From the NCBI GenBank assembly GCA_049970055.1, contig JBMFNR010000002.1:308406-372405 (forward strand): 64,000 bases of DNA, written 5' to 3'. The notes under the pieces were generated by a model. It did not search any database. It was not told the origin of the DNA and saw only the letters and a list, made by a program, of their open reading frames with translations. Source of the stretch: Fervidobacterium sp. Its GTDB lineage: Bacteria; Thermotogota; Thermotogae; Thermotogales; Fervidobacteriaceae. The position numbers and the translations under genes were made by a program. Shown in pieces: positions 38,588-47,505 of the stretch. Position 1 is the first letter of the stretch; the number at the start of each line of letters is the position of its first letter.

Positions 38588-39919
38588 TTGAAAAAATTAA
38601 CCGTCATTTTTTTCTTGTTAAGCTTAGTAGTAGCGGGGGTTGCGAGCGTACTTGTTGAAGAAAGAGTAGACTCTATAGTTGTTACTGGGAAGTATATTCA
38701 AGTTGAACTGATGAAAGATGGTAATCTTTCAAAGGTAAGTCACCTCTTGGGGAGGGCGTTTTTATTTTACGTTAACGACAACGATGGCTTTGATTTATTT
38801 GATGAAAATAACGTCGAAATATCCGAAGGTACTCCAACGTGCAGTATTGTCTACGGTGAACAAGTGGGTAAGGACATGTATAAGTCTGTGCAGATCGTTT
38901 TTTCTTATCCAAGTGGAATAAAGAAGATATATACGTTCGATGATAGCTTCATAACGTATTCATACAAAGTATCTATTCAATCGCCTAAGGATGTAAAAGT
39001 TGCTCTACCTTTAATTTGGACAAACGATACTATCAGATCTGTTGTCAATTTCTTTGTCTCATTCAGACCAGATAAAGATTACACCTCTATTGTTAAATTT
39101 ACAGGAAAGTTGCAAGGTACAAAAGTTGTAGGTAACAATCTCGAATTAACTGTTTACATGGGCCCCTACAAGAAGAATGTTTTAAAGCATGTTTTCGGCG
39201 ATGATTTTGACAGACTTTTAAGTCTCATTAAAACCATTCCAGGTGCTGGTACGTGGTACAGTGTTATATCTGATGGGCTCACTGAATTTTTCAACTTGAT
39301 AAATTTACTAACAAAAAACTTTGGACTTACAATTATCGTTTTTACCATAATCGTTAGACTAATACTTTACCCTTTCTATCATGCCCAAACGAAACAGATG
39401 ATACAAATGAGAAAACTTCAACCCGCAGTTGAGGCTATAAAGAAAAAGTATAAAGATCCACAGAAGCAGCAAGAGGAATTAATGAAATTGTACAAAGAAA
39501 ATAAAATTAATCCTTCAAGCGGTTGTTTAATGCTTCTAATACAATTACCAATCTTTATGCTTCTTTATGGTGTCATTCAAAGTTATCAAGAGCTCTTTTC
39601 GGTTTCTGGAGGATTTTTGATTTGGAAAGATCTTTCTGTTGGTGGTTGGGGTGCAAACTGGCTATTCCTGATAATCACGGTACTAACGTCGTACTATCTG
39701 GCACTTATTACGAGCCAAGATTCAAGAACAGCTTGGCAACAGATCATTATGGGTGCAATTTTCCCATTCTTCTTTATTAACCTTCCAAGCGGTATATTCT
39801 TGTACTGGACAGTGAACTCACTCATACAACTTGGAATAACATTCTACATCTACAGACGTTACAAAATACAAGGACTAACACAACATGAATTGTGGGGGAT
39901 TAAGCCCAAGAAAAAATAG
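38588..39919 (+). CDS. yidC: Membrane protein insertase
   Basis: FGLTIIVFTIIVRLILYP, LQP, INPSSGCL..IQLPIF, PSGIFLYW. Confidence 0.96.
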   Translation: MKKLTVIFFLLSLVVAGVASVLVEERVDSIVVTGKYIQVELMKDGNLSKVSHLLGRAFLFYVNDNDGFDLFDENNVEISEGTPTCSIVYGEQVGKDMYKSVQIVFSYPSGIKKIYTFDDSFITYSYKVSIQSPKDVKVALPLIWTNDTIRSVVNFFVSFRPDKDYTSIVKFTGKLQGTKVVGNNLELTVYMGPYKKNVLKHVFGDDFDRLLSLIKTIPGAGTWYSVISDGLTEFFNLINLLTKNFGLTIIVFTIIVRLILYPFYHAQTKQMIQMRKLQPAVEAIKKKYKDPQKQQEELMKLYKENKINPSSGCLMLLIQLPIFMLLYGVIQSYQELFSVSGGFLIWKDLSVGGWGANWLFLIITVLTSYYLALITSQDSRTAWQQIIMGAIFPFFFINLPSGIFLYWTVNSLIQLGITFYIYRRYKIQGLTQHELWGIKPKKK

Positions 39920-39953
39920 GCGCTAGTTATTGAAGTTTGAAGAGGTGATCGAC

Positions 39954-40625
39954 TTGAAGAGATTAAACTACATAGGAAAAACAGTAGAAGATATCATTGA
40001 GCAATTTAAGAGCGATTACGATGTACTTGATGGTGAATACGAATTAAATATTCTCGATAAAGGCACGCATGGTATATTTGGTTTATTTGCCAGGGATGCA
40101 GTAGTAGAAATTACTGTAACGAATAAGTATTACGAGAGAAAGTTAAAAGAATTTTTAGAAGGTATATTCAAACATTTTGGGATTGAGTATTTTATCGAAG
40201 TAACAAGTAGAGGTAAGACTTTTCTTGCATCTTGCCATAGTGAAGGGATAGGCAAGATAATCGGAAAACATGGGAAAGGATTAGGTGCTCTTCAGCACTT
40301 GGCGAGCATCTATCTTAACAGGATAACGGATACAAAAGTTACTGTGATTATTGATGCTGGAAATTACAGGGAGAAAAGAAGAGAGCAAATCCAAAAAATT
40401 GTGGAACACGCTGTAGAAAAAGCAAGAAAAGTCGGAAAAGTAAAACTTGACCCAATGTTTGCATTCGAAAGAAAAATTGTTCATGAGTTCGCAAAGAAAT
40501 ACAAAGATATCCACACATATTCAGAAGGTCTTGAACCTTACAGGTACGTGGTTATTGAATTGCGCAAGGGAGGTCGTAAAGATGAAGATAGGAAACATTA
40601 CAGAAATGCAGCCACAGGAAATTGA
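39954..40625 (+). CDS. jag: Jag/KhpB RNA-binding protein (KH + R3H)
   Basis: GKTVED, IIGKHGKGLGALQ, ERKIVH, SEGLEPYRYVVI; TTG after GAGGTG. Confidence 0.92.
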   Translation: MKRLNYIGKTVEDIIEQFKSDYDVLDGEYELNILDKGTHGIFGLFARDAVVEITVTNKYYERKLKEFLEGIFKHFGIEYFIEVTSRGKTFLASCHSEGIGKIIGKHGKGLGALQHLASIYLNRITDTKVTVIIDAGNYREKRREQIQKIVEHAVEKARKVGKVKLDPMFAFERKIVHEFAKKYKDIHTYSEGLEPYRYVVIELRKGGRKDEDRKHYRNAATGN

Positions 40626-40920
40626 CAATGGGAAAATATTAAAACGCGTATTGATAGGTCCGAGAGATGGTGCGCCGAATTTTGTAATGAGACTCTTTAC
40701 TTTGAAACCGAATGCAGCAACACCGTACCATACTCACCCTTGGGAGCATGAGATATTTGTTGTTGAGGGTGAAATAGAAGTTGTTAGAAAAGATGGACGG
40801 GTAAAAGTTACGAAAGGTTCCTATATATACGTTGAACCAAATGAAGAACATCAGTTTCAAAACATCGGTGATATGGAAGCATCATTTATATGTGTCATTC
40901 CCAAAGAAGGCGGAGAATGA
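40582..40920 (+). CDS. Cupin domain protein
   Basis: ATG 40582 after GGGAGG; APNFVMRLF, HTHPWEHEIFVVEG, EPNEEHQF. Confidence 0.9.
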   Translation: MKIGNITEMQPQEIDNGKILKRVLIGPRDGAPNFVMRLFTLKPNAATPYHTHPWEHEIFVVEGEIEVVRKDGRVKVTKGSYIYVEPNEEHQFQNIGDMEASFICVIPKEGGE

Positions 40921-40963
40921 AGTATAAATAAAATTTTAACAATGATTTTTCACATGTAAATAC

Positions 40964-40992
40964 TTGACATGGCAATCCATGCATGCTATAAT
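40964..40992 (+). promoter_or_regulatory. Consensus sigma-A promoter of the second tRNA operon
   Basis: TTGACA-17-TATAAT with TG extension. Confidence 0.85.
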
Positions 40993-41012
40993 TACTCACG
41001 GTCTTTGCGAGT

Positions 41013-41089
41013 CGGGGCGTAGCGCAGTTGGCGAGCGCGCCGGTCTTGGGAACCGGAGGTCGCTGGTTCAAGCCCAGTCGCCCCGACCA
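41013..41089 (+). tRNA. tRNA-Pro (TGG)
   Basis: CCGGT-CTTGGGA-ACCGG; CCA end. Confidence 0.96.
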
Positions 41090-41093
41090 GTGT

Positions 41094-41169
<76 letters not shown>

Positions 41170-41188
41170 ATTTTTTCTTCAATTGGCT

Positions 41189-41265
41189 GCGGCCGTAGCT
41201 CAACAGGATAGAGCATCGGACTTCTAATCCGAGGGTTGTGGGTTCGAGTCCCGCCGGCCGCGCCA
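41189..41265 (+). tRNA. tRNA-Arg (TCT)
   Basis: TCGGA-CTTCTAA-TCCGA; CCA end. Confidence 0.97.
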
Positions 41266-41295
41266 GAAGGTAAAGTTAATAGTAACTGTATATGT

Positions 41296-41372
41296 GGTGG
41301 CTATAGCTCAGCTGGCAGAGCGCCTGACTGTGGATCAGGTGGTCGAGGGTTCAAATCCCTCTAGCCACCCCA
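41296..41372 (+). tRNA. tRNA-His (GTG), with encoded G-1
   Basis: CCTGA-CTGTGGA-TCAGG; CCCA end. Confidence 0.96.
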
Positions 41373-41390
41373 ATTTTTTATATAACGTGC

Positions 41391-41467
41391 GCGCTCGTAG
41401 CTCAACTGGATAGAGCGTCGGACTTCGGATCCGATGGTTGCGGGTTCAAGTCCTGCCGGGCGCGCCA
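41391..41467 (+). tRNA. tRNA-Arg (TCG)
   Basis: TCGGA-CTTCGGA-TCCGA; CCA end. Confidence 0.96.
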
Positions 41468-41560
41468 GAGGGTAAAAATGAAGAAATTTATTCGCTCAAA
41501 CATTCAGACAAACTTCAGAAAAACGTGATTTTCAAACGTCAGAGAAGAGGAGGTATAACT

Positions 41561-41824
41561 ATGGAAGTGCTAAAAGTGTCTTCAAAATCAAATCCAAACA
41601 AAGTTGCGGGTGCTCTTGCGGGAGTTATTAGGGAAAAAGGGAGGGCAGAAATTCAGGCAATCGGTGCAGGTGCAGTTAACCAAGCGGTTAAGGCAATAGC
41701 GATTGCACGTGGTTATCTTGCTCCAAGTGGATTTGATCTTGTTTGTGTTCCTGCTTTTACTGATGTGAACGTTGAGAATGAAACAAGAACAGCTTTGAAG
41801 TTCATAGTCTTCCCAAGAGAGTAA
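41561..41824 (+). CDS. spoVS: Stage V sporulation protein S family (Alba-like fold)
   Basis: MEVLKVSSKSNPNKVAGALAG..AIGAGAVNQAVKAIAIARG; RBS GAGGAGG. Confidence 0.95.
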   Translation: MEVLKVSSKSNPNKVAGALAGVIREKGRAEIQAIGAGAVNQAVKAIAIARGYLAPSGFDLVCVPAFTDVNVENETRTALKFIVFPRE

Positions 41825-41834
41825 AAGTAGAATA

Positions 41835-41870
41835 AATAAAAATGGTCCCTAAAAAGGGACCATTTTTATT
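41835..41870. terminator. Bidirectional terminator between convergent spoVS and ArsR genes
   Basis: AATAAAAATGGTCCCT-aaaa-AGGGACCATTTTTATT. Confidence 0.85.
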
Positions 41871-42207
41871 TTGATTTTAATATTGTTTCGTCGATGAGTT
41901 CGAGTATCTTTTCTGTGATTTTGTTTCTAACAAGCGAATAGTAAATACTGTTACCTTTTCTTCTGTCTACTAAGAATCCAGCTAATTTTAACAACCCAAG
42001 ATGCTGTGACAAATTCGGCTGACTAATTCCTATAAATGGCAACATCTCACAGACGCACATCTCACCAGATTTCAAAAGATACAGTATTTTCAGTCTTATT
42101 GGATGTGCTAAAATCTTTAGACTTTCACCGAGAGCTTGAAAGTCAGTTGTGTTTATTTCATTAATTGTATTTATTGTGTTCATCGTGTTCAAAGATTTGT
42201 TGTCCAT
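41866..42207 (-). CDS. ArsR/SmtB family transcriptional regulator
   Basis: KILAHPIRLKIL, EMCVCE, SQPNLSQHL, RKGNSIYYSL; ATG 42207. Confidence 0.93.
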   Translation of the reverse strand: MDNKSLNTMNTINTINEINTTDFQALGESLKILAHPIRLKILYLLKSGEMCVCEMLPFIGISQPNLSQHLGLLKLAGFLVDRRKGNSIYYSLVRNKITEKILELIDETILKSK

Positions 42208-42246
42208 AATTTTCACTTCTTTTCCTTCAACTTGCTTTATACCAGT

Positions 42247-42292
42247 GAATTTTATTACAATATTCTCTAGAATTTTATTACAATATTCTCTA
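42247..42292. repeat. Perfect 23-bp tandem duplication in the ArsR promoter
   Basis: GAATTTTATTACAATATTCTCTA at 42247-42269 and 42270-42292. Confidence 0.9.
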
Positions 42293-42405
42293 ATAGTCAA
42301 GAAAATTTTTAAGTAAGGAAAAAATAAAACAAGTAAAGGAGACCTATTCGGGCCACAAAGGGTAAAATGTTTCGAATTCAGATTTTCATTTCGAATGTGT
42401 CGATA

Positions 42406-42648
42406 TCATGCATTTTGAAGTAGTTGTTTTGCTTCATCAAGAGTTGGTATTTTTCCGGAAAGTATTACTTTTCCATTTATTGCAACCGCAGGTGTTGCTA
42501 CAATACCTCTTTTTATAATCTCTTCAATATCCTGAACTTTTTCAACATCAATTTCCAACCCAAGTTCTTTGATTGCCATTTCTAAAATCTTTATCGTTTG
42601 CTTACACTTTGGGCAACCGCTCCCGAGAACTTCAACTTTTTTCACCAT
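42406..42648 (-). CDS. Small thioredoxin-like redox protein (MTH895-like)
   Basis: VLGSGCPKC, GIVATPAVAING..GKIP. Confidence 0.9.
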   Translation of the reverse strand: MVKKVEVLGSGCPKCKQTIKILEMAIKELGLEIDVEKVQDIEEIIKRGIVATPAVAINGKVILSGKIPTLDEAKQLLQNA

Positions 42649-42682
42649 ATTTTCACACCTCCAGTTTTACAAGTTTTTCGCT

Positions 42683-43768
42683 TCATATCAATCCATATAT
42701 AAATCCGAACAGTGTTGAGAATAATACAACCAAACCGAAGTAGGTAAAAGCCTTCTTTTTGCCGAGAAGCCTTGTTATAACAATCATGCTAGGTAAGCTC
42801 AATGAGTTTCCTGCCATTAATAATGCAAGTGTTGGACCTTTGGCCATACCAAGCTGAGTGAGTGCTTGAACAATTGGAATTTCTGTAAGTGTTGCGAAAT
42901 ACATAATAGCACCTATGATCGATGCAATTAATGTAGAAAGAATGTTGTTATGACCTAAAAGTGCTGTTATTATTTGTTCGGGGAGGAGTTTTGTGATAAT
43001 ACCCGCCAAAAAGACACCGACAAATAAGTAAGGAAGAATCTTTTTTGCGAAATCCCATGTCTCTTCGAGCCAAGCTTTGGTTTCGTTTTTTTCAAATGCT
43101 GTTAAAGCCATGACGAATGTGCCACCGGCAAGTATTACCATCGCTGAATTTTTTGCGACAGGGTTGATTTTTAAGCCACTTACTATGAGAAAAGCAAGTT
43201 GGAGTAGGAAAAATACTACGCTTTTTAAGTTATCATTAGAAGCTTCATCTATAACAAATCCACCACTACCTTTTTCTTGGTACAGTATCTCCATAACCAA
43301 ACCAATCAAAATAGCTGCAACAAGTGTGGAGATCATTCTTGCAATTCCAAGATCCCAACCGAGCACACGTGCAGTTAAGAAGATAGCAGCTATATTAATC
43401 GCTGGACCAGCGAATAGAAACGTTGTTGCAGGACCTATACCCGCACCTTTTTTGTATATCCCACCAAACAAAGGGAGAATAGTACATGAACATACCGCAA
43501 GAACTGCACCACTTATTGCAGCAATAGGATAGGATACTAATCTTCTCGCATCAGGACCAAGTAGCTTCAAGACAGCATCCTTTTTTATCAGTATAGAAAT
43601 TGTTCCAGCGATGAAAAATGCTGGAACTAAACATAGCAGCACATGTTGACGAGCATAATCATTGAGCATCCTGAAACCATTTAAAATTGCATTACTGACA
43701 GATGGATTGTCAAAAGGGACGAAATAAAAGACAAGGAAAATAATTATTACGATCACAAACTCCTTCAT
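42683..43768 (-). CDS. ArsP/DUF318 family permease
   Basis: AVCSCTILPLF, GPATTFLFAGPAIN, YFATLTEIP, SLPSM. Confidence 0.9.
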   Translation of the reverse strand: MKEFVIVIIIFLVFYFVPFDNPSVSNAILNGFRMLNDYARQHVLLCLVPAFFIAGTISILIKKDAVLKLLGPDARRLVSYPIAAISGAVLAVCSCTILPLFGGIYKKGAGIGPATTFLFAGPAINIAAIFLTARVLGWDLGIARMISTLVAAILIGLVMEILYQEKGSGGFVIDEASNDNLKSVVFFLLQLAFLIVSGLKINPVAKNSAMVILAGGTFVMALTAFEKNETKAWLEETWDFAKKILPYLFVGVFLAGIITKLLPEQIITALLGHNNILSTLIASIIGAIMYFATLTEIPIVQALTQLGMAKGPTLALLMAGNSLSLPSMIVITRLLGKKKAFTYFGLVVLFSTLFGFIYGLI

Positions 43769-44025
43769 TTTCTCATCCTCCTTCTCGTTGTATTAACTAC
43801 CATGCATTTTAAGTATATAATAATTTTCGAATATAGTCAAGATGGAAAATATTAAAATGTCTGATTTTTTCAAAAATTCCAAATGAAATAGTTAAAAAAC
43901 AAGGCAAAAAAGTCTCGTTTCCAAGGTTTATCAAGTTTTTTAAGATTTCTTCGTGGCGGCGTAGTTTTACGGAAAGAATAGTTTACGCAATTTTGGAATG
44001 TTTTTTATGAGGTTTTTAGAATGTG

Positions 44026-45204
44026 TTACCTAAAATGTTTTACAACCTTTTTGGCAAGTTCTTCTTGCTTTGTCCAGTAACCATCGAGTATACCTTGCGA
44101 GGCAAGTTTGCCGAGGAATTTGTAATGGTAATCCTTTAGTGTACCAGGACCCACATTCCATAAGGGTGTACCTGGAAGAGGCATAAAGGTGTGTGCGTGG
44201 ATCTTCGCTTTGTATCTCTTAACAATTTTTTCTATGAAGTTGAATGTTTCCTCCACATCTTCCAATGTTTCAAACGGAAAGCCAAAGATGAAGTCAACTT
44301 TTGCGTAAAAGTCATTTTGCGCTAATATCTCAAGAGCCTCTTCGACTTTTTCAACTGTGTGTCCACGCTGGATTTTTTCGAGTATTCTATTACTGCCACT
44401 TTGAGCACCGATAACCACGTAATTGTGGTTTACATATTTCTTGATTACTTTTAAAACTTCATCAGTTACGCTTTCAGGTCTGACATCTGATGGGAATGTT
44501 CCAAAGTATATTTCTGTTACACCTGTACTTTTCACTCTGTACAGCAGTTCATCAATAGCTTTAAGGTTTGGTGTGACACCATTTTTACTTCCATACCCGA
44601 AAGCGTTGGGGGTGATAAAGCGTGCCACTGTTTTTCCATATTTTACCGAGATTTTTTCGTATTCAACTACTTGTTCAATACTTCGGTGTCTTACAATTTT
44701 ACCGGCAAGTCTTGGTGTTTGGCAATAAACACAGTTAAATGGACAGCCACGGGATATTTCAATTGGCATGAATAATTTTTTCTTTTCACATATCGCTGGA
44801 TATTCATCAAGATTTACACGGTTCGATATACCATCGAAGATTCTTGATGAAGGTTCTTTACCAAGTAGAAATTTAACTATGTTTTCCTCACCATCACCAA
44901 TGAAGACGTAATCAAAACCTATTCTAAGCGTTTCTTGAGGAAACGCAGTTGCATGAGGTCCTCCAGCAATAAGCGTGTATCCAAAGTTCTTTAGTGTACT
45001 TACTTCTAACTGAACAGTATCTAAATCGAAGCTCATGAAAGAATAAGCGACTACAGTACCCGTTGTAGGGTACTGTAGGATATCATTTATATTTTTGCTT
45101 TCTATTACTTCCATATCAAGTTGAGATAATATGGCACCAACTAAGGCGGTAATACTATAGCGGTTATGTTTGTTAGTCCGAAATATAATTCTTTGAAATT
45201 TCAT
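44026..45204 (-). CDS. B12-binding domain radical SAM protein
   Basis: IAGGPHAT, IGDGEE, EISRGCPFNCVYC, GAQSGS. Confidence 0.92.
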   Translation of the reverse strand: MKFQRIIFRTNKHNRYSITALVGAILSQLDMEVIESKNINDILQYPTTGTVVAYSFMSFDLDTVQLEVSTLKNFGYTLIAGGPHATAFPQETLRIGFDYVFIGDGEENIVKFLLGKEPSSRIFDGISNRVNLDEYPAICEKKKLFMPIEISRGCPFNCVYCQTPRLAGKIVRHRSIEQVVEYEKISVKYGKTVARFITPNAFGYGSKNGVTPNLKAIDELLYRVKSTGVTEIYFGTFPSDVRPESVTDEVLKVIKKYVNHNYVVIGAQSGSNRILEKIQRGHTVEKVEEALEILAQNDFYAKVDFIFGFPFETLEDVEETFNFIEKIVKRYKAKIHAHTFMPLPGTPLWNVGPGTLKDYHYKFLGKLASQGILDGYWTKQEELAKKVVKHFR

Positions 45205-45212
45205 TTAGTTTC

Positions 45213-45458
45213 TTATTCACCCCACAGTGCTTTTTTGATTTCTCTGGCAGGTTCCGATAAAAGTAAGCTGTGTCCGCTATCCATAAAAATAATCGACTGG
45301 CATTCTTTTCCGTATGTGAGGTTAACCATCTTCCCACCAAGTTGGTTACTTGCTCTTATCCTCCTCGAAATAGTTGAGCTTACAGGTACAACTGCCAATA
45401 CTCTGTCTTTAACAATGAAAACACTGTCATTCAATTTTACGACAGGATCTGTTTTCAT
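45213..45458 (-). CDS. RemA/DUF370 family protein
   Basis: DRVLAVVPVSS..RR..MVNLTYGKECQSIIFMDSGHSLL. Confidence 0.8.
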   Translation of the reverse strand: MKTDPVVKLNDSVFIVKDRVLAVVPVSSTISRRIRASNQLGGKMVNLTYGKECQSIIFMDSGHSLLLSEPAREIKKALWGE

Positions 45459-45484
45459 GTAACCCCCTCCTCTTGTCGCTTCAT

Positions 45485-46549
45485 TTATACGTTAAACCTT
45501 ATTGTGATAATATCACCGTCTTCTACTATGTGTTCTTTACCAACTAACTTCATTAATCCTGCATCTTTGACAGCCTTTTCTGTACCAAATTTTAGTAAAT
45601 CATCGTATTTTATTATCTCCGCTTTTATAAAGCCCCTTGCTAGATCTGTATGTATTGCCGCCGCTGCGTCAACAGCGGTTGCTCCTTTTCTTAATGTCCA
45701 AGCTCTGACTTCGTCTTTTCCGACCGTGAAGAAGGAAATTAATCCAAATTGTCTGTATAGAGCGTTGGATAATCTTTGAATCCCTGTTTCTTCTGTACCT
45801 AGCTCTTTTAAAAATTCTATCTTTTCTTCTTCGCTTAATGTGTTTAATTCCATTTCAAGTTTTCCGCAGAGTTCAACGTAAGCAAATCCATTCTTTTCGC
45901 AGAGTTGAAGGATCTCATCTTTCGTTTCGTATTGTTTTTGTGAAAATTGTTCTTCATCTACGTTAGTTACGACGGCGATAGGTTTTAGTGTTACAAGTGA
46001 GAACCCACCAAGCATCTTTTTTTCCTCTTCGGATAATTCAATTTTTGATAAGAGTTCTTCATTCTCAAGCGCTTCTTGGATTCTCTTGAGCAATTTCAGT
46101 TCTATTTCTTCTTTTGGTTCTAATTTTCTCTTCGCGTTTTCTAACCTTTCTATACGTCCCGTAACGACATCAAGGTCTCTAAACAAAAATTCGTCAAGAG
46201 TTGCTTTTAGTTGTTCGATGGATTTTTCTACCTCAGGATATGGTACGGAATCGTTTCTGAAAGCTCTAACCACTATTAACATTGCTTCAACGTTTTGCAA
46301 TAGATTAAATACTGCAGTTCTTTCTTTTTTATCGTTTATTTTTAACGCCGGTGTATCGAAGAATTCAAGAGTTGCATACGTTATTTTTTTGGGTTCGTAC
46401 ATCTTTGAGAGTATGTCAACTCTTTTGTCATGTACTTTTGCATTTCCCCTTTGGTGCTCCTGCGAGAATAAATCTACCTCGATACCGGTTAGAAGAGAAA
46501 ATATTGTTGTTTTGCCGACCTGAGATAAACCTACAATACCAACTTTCAT
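45485..46549 (-). CDS. YchF-like (DUF933/TGS) P-loop NTPase, divergent
   Basis: GIVGLSQVGKTT, VVRAF, NVDE, FFTVGKDEVRAWT, IHTDLARGFIKAE, VEDGDII. Confidence 0.88.
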   Translation of the reverse strand: MKVGIVGLSQVGKTTIFSLLTGIEVDLFSQEHQRGNAKVHDKRVDILSKMYEPKKITYATLEFFDTPALKINDKKERTAVFNLLQNVEAMLIVVRAFRNDSVPYPEVEKSIEQLKATLDEFLFRDLDVVTGRIERLENAKRKLEPKEEIELKLLKRIQEALENEELLSKIELSEEEKKMLGGFSLVTLKPIAVVTNVDEEQFSQKQYETKDEILQLCEKNGFAYVELCGKLEMELNTLSEEEKIEFLKELGTEETGIQRLSNALYRQFGLISFFTVGKDEVRAWTLRKGATAVDAAAAIHTDLARGFIKAEIIKYDDLLKFGTEKAVKDAGLMKLVGKEHIVEDGDIITIRFNV

Positions 46550-47502
46550 TGTAATTCCTCCTCTAGTTTGAAGACCTTTTTAAGAGTAGCTATTCGTTCG
46601 TTTCTTTGGTGTTCTTTTAAAGTTTTGATAAAGCTTGAGTTTCTCTCGGCCACCGCAATGGCTACCAATTTGTTTTCGTAGATAACCTGAACTAGGGAAC
46701 TTTTCATAAACTCTTCATAAAAAATAACGTCTTCTACCTTCGGGTGAATGCCGTTGTAAATTTTCATTATGTCGGAAACAACTATCCTCGGAAAGTCAAG
46801 TATCTCTTCCATAGGTTTTATGCATTCAATTATTCTACTTGGATCTTCATCAAGTGCAATTGCGTCATCTATTGTAAATTTTCCAACCCTTGTTCTTCTC
46901 AATTCTACCGCTGTGGCTCCGCATCCGAGTTTGTAACCGATATCCATACACAGACTTCTTATATATGTACCCGCTGAGACTTTTGTTGTAAATTCAACGT
47001 AAGGTAATTCTATATTTATGTTCGTAATTTCGTATATGGTAACTTCTCTTGGAGGTAAATTTATTATTTTTCCTTCACGTGCAAATTCGTACAGTTTTCT
47101 TCCTTGATATTTTTTGGCAGAGTAGGCAGGTGGAACTTGTTTGTATGTACCTACAAACGAATTGATAGCGTCTATTATTTCTTTTTCAGAAATGTCAATT
47201 TGGTTTTCTTCCATTATGTTTCCTGTTATGTCAAATGTATCTGTTATAATTCCAAGCTTCATTTTTACCTTATAAATTTTTGTTTCACCTTGCAGGTATT
47301 CGAGTAGTCTCGTTGCCTTACCTACTCCAATCAATAGCAAACCTGAGGCAAAAGGATCAAGTGTACCAGCATGACCAACTTGTTGTATTTTTAGTATTCT
47401 CCTGACTTTGTTGACCATATCATGTGAGGTAGGTCCTTTTTCTTTATCAACAAGGATTAATCCGGAGATGTTTTTTGCCATAGACATTTCACTAATCACC
47501 AT
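46546..47502 (-). CDS. truB: tRNA pseudouridine(55) synthase
   Basis: DKEKGPTSHD, GHAGTLDPFASG, QVPPAYSAKK, SAGTYIRSL. Confidence 0.97.
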   Translation of the reverse strand: MVISEMSMAKNISGLILVDKEKGPTSHDMVNKVRRILKIQQVGHAGTLDPFASGLLLIGVGKATRLLEYLQGETKIYKVKMKLGIITDTFDITGNIMEENQIDISEKEIIDAINSFVGTYKQVPPAYSAKKYQGRKLYEFAREGKIINLPPREVTIYEITNINIELPYVEFTTKVSAGTYIRSLCMDIGYKLGCGATAVELRRTRVGKFTIDDAIALDEDPSRIIECIKPMEEILDFPRIVVSDIMKIYNGIHPKVEDVIFYEEFMKSSLVQVIYENKLVAIAVAERNSSFIKTLKEHQRNERIATLKKVFKLEEELQ

Positions 47503-47505
47503 CTG

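Noticed and set aside
42247..42292. CRISPR-like repeat
   Set aside because: Only two directly adjacent copies, with no spacer and no cas genes
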